This document shows positions 17,778 to 25,937 of a stretch of 64,000 nucleotides of DNA, in pieces (the stretch's first letter is position 1; each line of letters opens with the position of its first letter). This stretch comes from Dehalococcoidia bacterium (GTDB lineage: Bacteria > Chloroflexota > Dehalococcoidia > SHYB01): positions 118,312 through 182,311 of the forward strand of contig OZ220075.1 in assembly GCA_964291475.2 (NCBI GenBank), read 5' to 3'. The notes under the pieces were generated by a model that did not search any database, was not told the DNA's origin, and saw only the letters and a list, made by a program, of their open reading frames with translations. The translations under genes were made by a program, and so were the position numbers.

Positions 17778-18950
17778 ATGGAGTTCCGCTTCTCCCCCGA
17801 GGACGAAACATTCCGAGAGGAACTCGCGGACTTCATCGACCGCGAGCTTCCGTGGGACTGGCGGGCCTTGGATGTCGACGCCGAGGAGCCCGACCACGCC
17901 CCGCTCATCCAGCAGTTCCGGAGGAAGTTGGCACACAGAGGCTGGCTCACGATGGCCTGGCCCCGTGAGTACGGAGGTAGCGCAGCGCCACACCTGCGCC
18001 AGCTCGTTTTCAACGAGGAGACCGCCTACCGCCGCGTGCCCGCCACGGGAATGGGCGTGAACATTCTGGCCCCGGTTCTGATGATCCATGGGACCTCCGA
18101 ACAGAAGCGTTTCTTCTTGAACAAGATTGCCCAAGCGGACATCGACTGGGCTCAAGGCTACTCCGAGGCGGACGCCGGCTCCGACCTTGCCTCCCTCCAG
18201 ACCACCGCCGTCGAGGACGGAGATGACTTCGTGGTCAGCGGGGCCAAGCTCTGGAATGGGGCGCACAACGGCGCCGGCTGGATGTTCATGTTGGTCCGGA
18301 CCGACCCCGACGCGCCGAAGCACCGCGGCATCAGCTTCCTCCTCGCGGAAATGGACAGCCCCGGCATCTCCGTCAGCACCTTTCCCATGATGTACGACGG
18401 CTCCCGGAGTTTGGTCACGTTCGACGACGTACGCGTGCCGAAGCACAATCTTGTCGGAGAGAAGAACCAGGGTTGGTACGTGGGAGCCGCCTCACTTGAC
18501 TTTGAACGGTCCGGTGTCGGCGTTCCCGCCAGGGCGAAGCGTTTCTTGGAAGAGATGACCGCCCGCTACCGCGCAACGGGGAGCCCGAACAGCGGGCCCT
18601 GGGACGACACGATTATTCGGCATCGCATCGCGGACATGGCGGTCGAAATCCAGGCCTGCCGGCTTATGTGCTACAACGTGGCGTGGAAGCAGAGCCAGGG
18701 CTTGGTCCCCAACCAGGAGGCCTCGGTTGTCAAGCTGCTGGGCACCGAGATGGAGCAGCGCCTCTTCCTGCTGGGCATGCGGCTGCTCGGCTTATGGGGC
18801 CAGATAGGAAGCAGCGAGTCACGGGCCCCACTTGAGGGCAGGATCGAGAACGGATACCGGCGGTCCTTGTATTTGACGGTCTATGGCGGCACGTCCGAAA
18901 TCCAGCGGAATATCATAGCGACGCGGGGCCTGGGTCTTCCCAGAAACTGA
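17778..18950 (+). CDS. acyl-CoA dehydrogenase
   Basis: 390-aa ORF with AQGYSEADAGSDLASL, FLLAEMDSPGISV and C-terminal YGGTSEIQRNIIA (catalytic Glu context). Confidence 0.9.
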   Translation: MEFRFSPEDETFREELADFIDRELPWDWRALDVDAEEPDHAPLIQQFRRKLAHRGWLTMAWPREYGGSAAPHLRQLVFNEETAYRRVPATGMGVNILAPVLMIHGTSEQKRFFLNKIAQADIDWAQGYSEADAGSDLASLQTTAVEDGDDFVVSGAKLWNGAHNGAGWMFMLVRTDPDAPKHRGISFLLAEMDSPGISVSTFPMMYDGSRSLVTFDDVRVPKHNLVGEKNQGWYVGAASLDFERSGVGVPARAKRFLEEMTARYRATGSPNSGPWDDTIIRHRIADMAVEIQACRLMCYNVAWKQSQGLVPNQEASVVKLLGTEMEQRLFLLGMRLLGLWGQIGSSESRAPLEGRIENGYRRSLYLTVYGGTSEIQRNIIATRGLGLPRN

Positions 18951-18981
18951 TCCTCGCGCCGGTGCACGAGGGAGGCACATC

Positions 18982-19692
18982 ATGCAGCACGGCGAAGCGG
19001 CGGGATTCATCGAACGGACACTTTCCCTGGAGAAGCCCATAATCGGCCTGGCCTTCGTCGAAGCGCAGCCGGAAGGCATCTCCCGAATCGGCAAGGCCAT
19101 CCCGTCCACCTGCGCGTTTTGGCGCGAGGCCGAGACCGGCGTCTTCTACGCCGACGCGTCCGATCACCTCAACTGCGCCTTAGGGGCGATGGTCATGGGC
19201 TTTCCCCTACCCGACGAGACGATGGGGCGGCTGATGGAGGACGTCGGGATGATGTGCGGAACATCCTACGTGCGTGAAGAGGAAGTGGAGAAGGTCCCCA
19301 AGAACGACCGGGCATCCGCCGGTATCGTCTACGGTCCCCTGAGCCGGTTCCCCGTGGACCCCGACCTCGCACTGGTCTGGGCCACGCCGCGGCAGGCGAT
19401 GGTCGTCGCCGAAAGCTCCGGCCTGATCAATTGGGCCGCCGAGCCTGCCGGCGTCTACGGCCGACCGGGATGCGCCGCGATTCCAGTAGCTCTAACAGAG
19501 GGTAGGGCAGCGCAGTCCTTCGGTTGCGTCGGCATGCGGATCAACGCAGCCGTTGAGGATGACCTGATGCTGATGGCCATCCCAGGCGGCAAGCTCGACT
19601 CGCTGGTCACCGAGCTCGGCCGGATGAGCCAGGTCCACGGTCAGTTGGATACGCACTACCGCGAGCGGGCCGCGGGCCTTCAGCCTCAATAG
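18982..19692 (+). CDS. DUF169-family protein (uncharacterised)
   Basis: 236-aa ORF. The pattern IGLAF...C.FW......F......H..C..G, its length and its Cys spacing resemble DUF169/COG2043. Recognition is from memory only. Confidence 0.5.
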   Translation: MQHGEAAGFIERTLSLEKPIIGLAFVEAQPEGISRIGKAIPSTCAFWREAETGVFYADASDHLNCALGAMVMGFPLPDETMGRLMEDVGMMCGTSYVREEEVEKVPKNDRASAGIVYGPLSRFPVDPDLALVWATPRQAMVVAESSGLINWAAEPAGVYGRPGCAAIPVALTEGRAAQSFGCVGMRINAAVEDDLMLMAIPGGKLDSLVTELGRMSQVHGQLDTHYRERAAGLQPQ

Positions 19693-19711
19693 CCCGCAAG
19701 GGAGCGTCCCG

Positions 19712-20506
19712 ATGCCCTACTGGACGTACGAGAAGCACGACGACGAACACTACGCGGTTTTCACCATGAACCGGCCCGACCGCCTTAACGCCTTCGGCCG
19801 GCAGATGATCGCAGAGCGCCGGGAGGCCATGGCCGACTTCAACGCCGACCCCAACATGTGGGTGGCCATCGTGACCGGCACGGGCCGCGCCTTTTCCGCG
19901 GGGGCCGACTTGAAAGAGATGGCCCAGCGCAACGAAGACGGCGATGGGGACTCGCCCGCTGAACGCGCCGACGCAGCAGACCAGCCCAGAGGGCCGGGCA
20001 TCTTGTCACGAAGCCCCAAGCCCATCATCGCGGCGGTGAACGGGCTCGCGCTCGGCGGCGGCATGGAGGAGGCGATGGACTGCGACATCCGCATCGCCTC
20101 GACGGAGGCGACCTTCGGTCTGCCGGAAGTGAAGCGCGGCATTCTCGCCATCTATGGCAACCATCACTTCGCCCGAGTGACGCATTTCGGCGAGGCCATG
20201 TACTACGCCCTAACCGGCGAGACCATGTCGGCGGAGGAAGCGCTCCGCATCGGCTTCATCCATGAGATCGTTCCTCCGGAGCGGCTGATGCCACGGGCCA
20301 TCGAGATTGCCCAGGCCATCGCCGCCAACGCGCCGCTCGCGGTGCAGGCCACTCGGAAGATGATGCACTTCTGGCGCCGCCTGGCGATGGAAGAGTCGCA
20401 GAAGTTCGGCGATGTCATCTACGCCCAGATCAACCAATCGGAGGACGCCAAGGAAGGGCCGCTAGCCTTCACGGAAAAACGCCCGCCCCAGTGGAAGGGG
20501 CGGTAA
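19712..20506 (+). CDS. enoyl-CoA hydratase/isomerase (crotonase) family protein
   Basis: 264-aa ORF with VTGTGRAFSAGADLKE, AAVNGLALGGGMEEAMDCD, GLPEVKRGI and C-terminal EGPLAFTEKRPP. Confidence 0.9.
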   Translation: MPYWTYEKHDDEHYAVFTMNRPDRLNAFGRQMIAERREAMADFNADPNMWVAIVTGTGRAFSAGADLKEMAQRNEDGDGDSPAERADAADQPRGPGILSRSPKPIIAAVNGLALGGGMEEAMDCDIRIASTEATFGLPEVKRGILAIYGNHHFARVTHFGEAMYYALTGETMSAEEALRIGFIHEIVPPERLMPRAIEIAQAIAANAPLAVQATRKMMHFWRRLAMEESQKFGDVIYAQINQSEDAKEGPLAFTEKRPPQWKGR

Positions 20507-20624
20507 CGCCGGCATCCTTCCCCACCTCGTCCGGCTCTGCTCCAAGCCTTTGGCGCCGCCCGGTCCGGCCCCACTACCCCACTGCCCATCATGCGGGCAC
20601 GGCCCGCGCAACCGCGGTGCGGAG

Positions 20625-21518
20625 CTACGGCCCTGACACGCGAACGTCCGCTCCTCTGAGTCTGGGGTCGAGCAGGTCCCGCGCCGCGTCGCCCATGGCG
20701 GCGAAGCCGAAAACGGCGAAGGTGATGAACAGGGCGGACGATATGGTGAGCCAGGGCGCCGTGTTGGCGTGCTGGCGGACCCCTTCGGAGAGCATCCGGC
20801 CCCACGAGGGCTCAGGTGGCGGCGAGGCAACCCCCAGGAAACTCAGGGCCGCGACGACGACGATCGCCCATCCGATCTGGTTCGTGACAAGCACCATCAG
20901 GGAAGCCAGGGTGTTCGGCGCAATGTGCCGGAACATGATCCTTGTGTCCGAGGCCCCCAGCGATCGGGCTGCTTCCACGTAGACCTCTTCCTTGGCGCTT
21001 AGCGTCACCGAACGCACCACCCGGCTCGCTATCGGCACGATGACGACCGCGAGGGCGATGACGACGTTGATGTCGCTAGGCCCCAGGAGGGACACGATGG
21101 ACAGTGCCAAGATCAGCGTTGGCAACGAGAGGAGCCCGTCGACGATCCGCTGTATTCCCAGGTCGACCCACCCTCCGCGAAAGCCGCTCACCAGCCCCAA
21201 GACCGCCCCGATGAGGCTGCCCACCACCACGGAGACCACCGCCACGAAAAGCACGGGCCGGGCGCCGACGATGAGCCGGCTGAGTTGATCGCGGCCAAAG
21301 TTGTCCGTGCCGAGCAAAAACGTCCCGCCGGGCTCCTCGAACAGATTGTCGTAGTGCGGCTCTAGGGGATCGAAGGGAGCGATCAGGGGCCCAAAGACCG
21401 CAAGCACCGCAGCGACGAACACCACGACCGCGCCGACCGCCCCCAGCGGCTTCGCGCGGGCCGTGCGGAGCATGCTGAGCGTCGCGCGGCCCAAGCCTCT
21501 CATCCTGCGGCTAGACAC
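20625..21518 (-). CDS. ABC transporter permease, DppC/OppC-type
   Basis: 297-aa ORF with LGTDNFGRDQLSR, TM spans and C-terminal GDAARDLLDPR. Confidence 0.85.
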   Translation of the reverse strand: MSSRRMRGLGRATLSMLRTARAKPLGAVGAVVVFVAAVLAVFGPLIAPFDPLEPHYDNLFEEPGGTFLLGTDNFGRDQLSRLIVGARPVLFVAVVSVVVGSLIGAVLGLVSGFRGGWVDLGIQRIVDGLLSLPTLILALSIVSLLGPSDINVVIALAVVIVPIASRVVRSVTLSAKEEVYVEAARSLGASDTRIMFRHIAPNTLASLMVLVTNQIGWAIVVVAALSFLGVASPPPEPSWGRMLSEGVRQHANTAPWLTISSALFITFAVFGFAAMGDAARDLLDPRLRGADVRVSGP

Positions 21519-21530
21519 CAGATTGCTCCG

Positions 21531-22490
21531 TCATGTCTCGTACCGAATCCTCGGGTCCAACCAGCTATACAGGGCATCGATCACAACGTTCAGGGTCAAG
21601 ATCATCACGGCAAACAGCGTGACGATCGTTTGGACCGTAATCCACTCCCGGCCAAAGATGGCGTCGACCATGCGCGAACCGATGCCTGGGAGTACGAATA
21701 TCTCCTCCACGATCACTGCTCCGGCCAACAGCGTTCCGGCCTGCACGCCGGCCACCGTGAGAATCGGGAGCAAGGCATTACGGAGCGAGTGCCGTCCGAT
21801 GACCACGTGCGAAGGCAGCCCCTTTGCCCGCGCGGTGCGCACGTAGTCCTGACGCAGTACTTCCAACATGGCAGAGCGCGTCATCCTCGCCAGAGCGGCC
21901 GAATTGCTATGCCCCAGCACCAACGCGGGGAAGATCAGTTGCGTCAGATTCTCCAGCGGATCTTTGGTAAGCGGCACGAATTCCAATGGGGGAATCCACT
22001 GGAAGTACTTCACCAACACGAGGAAGACGAGCGCTCCGACCAGAAAATTCGGCATCGCCAGGCCGGAGATGGCGAACGTCCTGCCGAGGTAGTCCCACAC
22101 GGAGTCTTGCTTGATCGCTCCAATCACGCCTACGGGGATCGCTATCGCGAAGCTGATCAGCAGCGAGAGCGCGGCCAATTCAGCCGTGACGGGGAGTTTC
22201 CTGGCGATGTCGTTGAACACCGGCTCGCCGGTGACCAGAGACGTCCCTCCGTTGAGGCGCACCATGTCCCAAAGCCAGTTCAGGTATTGAGCGAAGAGCG
22301 GCCGGTCCAGCCCGAGTTGCGCGCGGAGCGCGTCGTATTGCTCCCGGTCCAACGTCAGCCTGCCGCCGTCGGTCAGGAAGTTCAGGGCGACGTCCCCCGG
22401 CAGGAGCCTGAACATGTAGAAGATCACCAACGAGACCACGAGGACCGTGGGGATCATCAGAAGCAGGCGCCGGGTCAGATAGGTCTGCAT
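21531..22490 (-). CDS. ABC transporter permease, DppB/OppB-type
   Basis: 319-aa ORF with MQTYLTRRLLLMIPTVLV, YVRTARAKGL...RHSLRNALLPI and C-terminal LDPRIRY. Confidence 0.85.
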   Translation of the reverse strand: MQTYLTRRLLLMIPTVLVVSLVIFYMFRLLPGDVALNFLTDGGRLTLDREQYDALRAQLGLDRPLFAQYLNWLWDMVRLNGGTSLVTGEPVFNDIARKLPVTAELAALSLLISFAIAIPVGVIGAIKQDSVWDYLGRTFAISGLAMPNFLVGALVFLVLVKYFQWIPPLEFVPLTKDPLENLTQLIFPALVLGHSNSAALARMTRSAMLEVLRQDYVRTARAKGLPSHVVIGRHSLRNALLPILTVAGVQAGTLLAGAVIVEEIFVLPGIGSRMVDAIFGREWITVQTIVTLFAVMILTLNVVIDALYSWLDPRIRYET

Positions 22491-22746
22491 GGGGCTGGCC
22501 CTGGATTCTCCCTATCGGGTCCTCGGTCGGCCTTGTGGGGCGGCAGTCCGGCCCTGGGGAGAGATCCAAGCCCCGCAGCCCGCTGAGCTAGGCGGGGCGC
22601 AACGGCCATTGCGGCCGCTCACATGCGCGCCCCTCATGCTTCTCCCGGCGGACATCGGCGCCCATTCCCGGCACCCATGGAGTGGTCTAGGGGCCGGTGG
22701 AGCGGAGAACTCAGCCGTGGAGTTCGTGCGGATTTGGGCCCCTCCG

Positions 22747-24192
22747 CTAGATGTTCAACTCGAGACGCGGCGTCTGCAGGTTGGGTGCGACGTTGGTATC
22801 CCGCATGAACTTGACGAGATACTGATGCAGTTCTCTGGCCACCTCCGGCCGGGCGGAGATGACGTTCTGGTCCTGCCGCGGGTCCGATTGCAGGTTGTAC
22901 AACGAGGACAACCCTGGCTCCGGGTTGTAGAGCAGCGCCCAATCGCCGGCGTTGATGGTAATCGTGGAGTACGGCCCTTTCCGCCGGAGCACGTTGTCGA
23001 CGTAGCGGACTGGGTCCCCGGGGTTGGTCAAAGGCTCGCTGCTAATGGTGAAGTCCCGGCCCGGCGCCGAGAGGTCCTGCATCTTCGGCAAAAGCGAGAT
23101 GCCTTCAACGAAATCGGGGAGGTCCTCCCCCAAGACATCCAGCACCGTCGGCATGACATCCACGGCGGAGGTGAGTTGGTTGTAGCTCCCGGGCCCGACT
23201 CCCGGAACGTGGATGATCAACGGAAGCAGGATGTTCTCCTCGTAGAGCGGGTTGGGGCCCCACGTCGCGTCCGGGGCCAGCCAGTCCATGGCGCCGCCGT
23301 CGGCTTGGAACATCTTCCCGAAGAGGCCTCCGTGCTCGCCGAAATAGAACCCGTGGTCGGTGGTGAAGATGACGACGGTTCTTTCCATTAGCCCGAGGTT
23401 CTCGACCTTCCGGAGCAGGTGGCCTATCCAAGTGTCGACCATGGAGACCGACCCGCAATAGGTGGCGTGGGACTTCTTCAACCTCTCCTCTGAGAAGCCG
23501 GGCTCGTTCTGCCAATAGCCGTAGATGGGGTAGATGATCTCCCCGTCGTAGCCGGGATAGTACAGTTCCGTGTAGTAGGGGGGAGCATCCCACGGCTCGT
23601 GGGGGTCCCACGTGTCCACGTAGAGGAAGAAGTCCTCCTTGTAGTGCCGCTCCAGCCATCGCATGGCCATCGTGAAGGTTCGAGGCGAGCAGTGGTCCTC
23701 CTCATACCGCCAGGCGGCACGCAGGTCCCAGGACTCGTGCTGGCTGTTCATCCGGGTGGCATGGCCCACGAGGGCCGGTTGGCCCGGCCGGGGAGGCGGC
23801 GGGTCGAGGTCTTCCTCCCAGTGGGTGCCGCTCATCAAGTGGCCTTGGTTCATGAAGAAGGCCCCGAACCCCTGGTCGTAGTTCATCCCCGCGCGGACGT
23901 AGAAGGGCGTATCGACCACGGCGGCCGTCGTAAAACCCTTTCGGCCTAGGACTTGCGCCAACGTCACCGCCTCGTCCGGCAGCGGGCCCCACCCCATGTA
24001 TGAGAGAGTCCAGCGGCCCGTGTGGTGGTCCGCCCGCCCCGGCATCGTGGGGAAGGCGCCGGCGTAGTGCCTATCGAAGCGGATCGATTTGCTCGCTAGC
24101 CAGTCGAGCGCCGGCGTGTGCATGGCCCGCTTCCCGTACGCCCCGACATGGTCCTGGCGAACGGTATCCGCAACGATCCAGATGACATTCAT
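22747..24192 (-). CDS. sulfatase-fold (alkaline-phosphatase superfamily) hydrolase, Thr at the formylglycine position, no signal peptide
   Basis: Start set at ATG 24192 (MNVIWIVADTVRQDHVGAYG). FPTMPGRADHHTGRW aligns with the sulfatase C/S-x-P-x-R-x4-TG signature but has Thr first. A later TTDHGF motif is present. Confidence 0.75.
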   Translation of the reverse strand: MNVIWIVADTVRQDHVGAYGKRAMHTPALDWLASKSIRFDRHYAGAFPTMPGRADHHTGRWTLSYMGWGPLPDEAVTLAQVLGRKGFTTAAVVDTPFYVRAGMNYDQGFGAFFMNQGHLMSGTHWEEDLDPPPPRPGQPALVGHATRMNSQHESWDLRAAWRYEEDHCSPRTFTMAMRWLERHYKEDFFLYVDTWDPHEPWDAPPYYTELYYPGYDGEIIYPIYGYWQNEPGFSEERLKKSHATYCGSVSMVDTWIGHLLRKVENLGLMERTVVIFTTDHGFYFGEHGGLFGKMFQADGGAMDWLAPDATWGPNPLYEENILLPLIIHVPGVGPGSYNQLTSAVDVMPTVLDVLGEDLPDFVEGISLLPKMQDLSAPGRDFTISSEPLTNPGDPVRYVDNVLRRKGPYSTITINAGDWALLYNPEPGLSSLYNLQSDPRQDQNVISARPEVARELHQYLVKFMRDTNVAPNLQTPRLELNI

Positions 24193-24248
24193 GACCGTCT
24201 CCCTGCCGAGAAGTCTGGCGGGCCGGAGGCCGTGCAGCGGTTGGCCCC

Positions 24249-25705
24249 CTAGAGGCGCAATTCGGAACGCGCCTCGAACAAGTGGGGCGCCACGTTCGTA
24301 TCCCGCATGAACTGCACGAGCCTTTGGTGATGTTCCTTGGCCACGTCCGGGTGCTGTGCGATGACGTTGTTGAGCTGTTTCGGGTCCGAGGGCAGGTGAT
24401 ACAGCTCGGACTGCTGAGGCTCGGCCCCGTAGAGGAAGGACCACTCATCCGTCGTTACCGTAGTCATCGATATCCCTGCCCTCCGCCGAAGAAGATTGTC
24501 GACGTAGCGGACGGGGTCGCCCGGGTTGGTGAAGGGCTCGCTGCTCACCACGAACTCTCGGCCCGGCAGCGACGTATCGCGCATCTGCGGCAGCAGCGAC
24601 CTGCCCTGCACGAATGCCGGAATATCCTGGTTTAGGAAGTCCAGTACGGTCGGCATGATGTCCACCGCCGAAGTGAGTCCTTGATAGACCGCCGGCGCGA
24701 TTCCGGGGACATAGATCAGGAGCGGCACAAAGACGTTTTCCTTGTAAAGGGGGTTGGGGCCCCAGCTCGCGCCCCGGTCCGACCAATTCACGCGCGTGCC
24801 GTCGGCTCGCACCGGCGGCGACATCTTGCCGAAGATCCCCCGCTCGCCGAATTGGAAGCCGTGGTCGGCGGTGAAGACGATGGCCGTCTTCTCCATGAGG
24901 CCCATGTTCTCGACGGTTCTGAGCAGGCGCCCGATCCAGGTGTCGACCATCGTAAGCTCGCCACAGTAGGCAGCGTGGGCCTTGTCGACCACCTCCTGCG
25001 TAACGCCCGGCGTGTCCTTCCAGCGCCCGTAGATCGGATAGATCGTTTCGCCGTCGAAGTCGGGCCAATACAGCTCCGTGTAGTAGTTGGGGGCGTCCCA
25101 CGGCTCGTGGGGTCCCACGTGTCGACGTAGAGGAAGAAGTCATCCTTGTAGTGGCGCTCCAGCCAGTGCATGGCCAGCTTCATGGTCTGAGGGGCGCAAC
25201 GGTCCTCCTCGTGCCGCCACGCGGCCCGCGCGTCCCAGGACTCGTGGTTCCGCGCCACGTAGGTGCCCCACGTCTGGACGCCTTTCTCCTCGTCCCGGGA
25301 GAAGCTGGCCGGAAACTTGTCGGGGTCGGTCCAGTAATAACCGCCCATCAATTGGCCCGGATAGGTGAAGAACCCCTGGAATCCCCGGTCATAGTTCATC
25401 TCCGACCGCTGGTAGAAGGGCGTATCGACGCACGCAGCCGTGGTGAAGCCTTCCTGCACCAGCAGTTGGGCCAGGGTCTCCTGACCCGGCGGGAGCGGAC
25501 CCCAAGTCATGAAAGACAAGCTCCAGCGGCCCGTGTGGTAGTCGGCCCGGGCCGGCATGGTGGGGAACGACGCGGCGTAGTGGTTGGCGAATCGGACGGA
25601 CTTGGCCGCCAGAGCATCGAGCGATGGCGTGTGCATCTCCTTGTTGCCATACGCCCCGATATGGTCCTGGCGGACGGTATCCGCGACGATCCAAATGATG
25701 TTCAT
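24249..25705 (-). pseudogene. sulfatase-fold hydrolase paralog, 1-nt frameshift
   Basis: N-part (24788..25705: MNIIWIVADTVRQDHIGAYG...FPTMPARADYHTGRW...YVDTWDP) and C-part (24249..25118: HEPWDAPNYY...TADHGF...) are in different frames. The junction is a G4 run at 25109-25112, where the paralog has G5 (23601-23605). Confidence 0.8.
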
Positions 25706-25856
25706 TGTTTGTTCGCTCCCGAAAGCTCAAACCCTAGGAACGGCGCCGTTCGGGGCAAATCCGCTTGGCCCGGTCTTTGTCATGGAACCGACCTTGCCGC
25801 CGTCCGACCGCGATGTTTCGACCCACGGCCGCGCCGGTCTCGCGGAGGCGGCGATT

Positions 25857-25902
25857 TCCCAACCGCCTTGACCCGTGCATCCACGAATCAAGGCGGTTGG
25901 GA
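25857..25902 (-). promoter_or_regulatory. intercistronic stem-loop downstream of SBP gene
   Basis: Perfect 15-bp inverted repeat tcccaaccgccttga / tcaaggcggttggga with a 16-nt loop, with no U-run after it on the (-) strand. Confidence 0.6.
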
Positions 25903-25937
25903 GTTGTTTCGATTTGCCCGAAACCCTGGCGCGCCGC

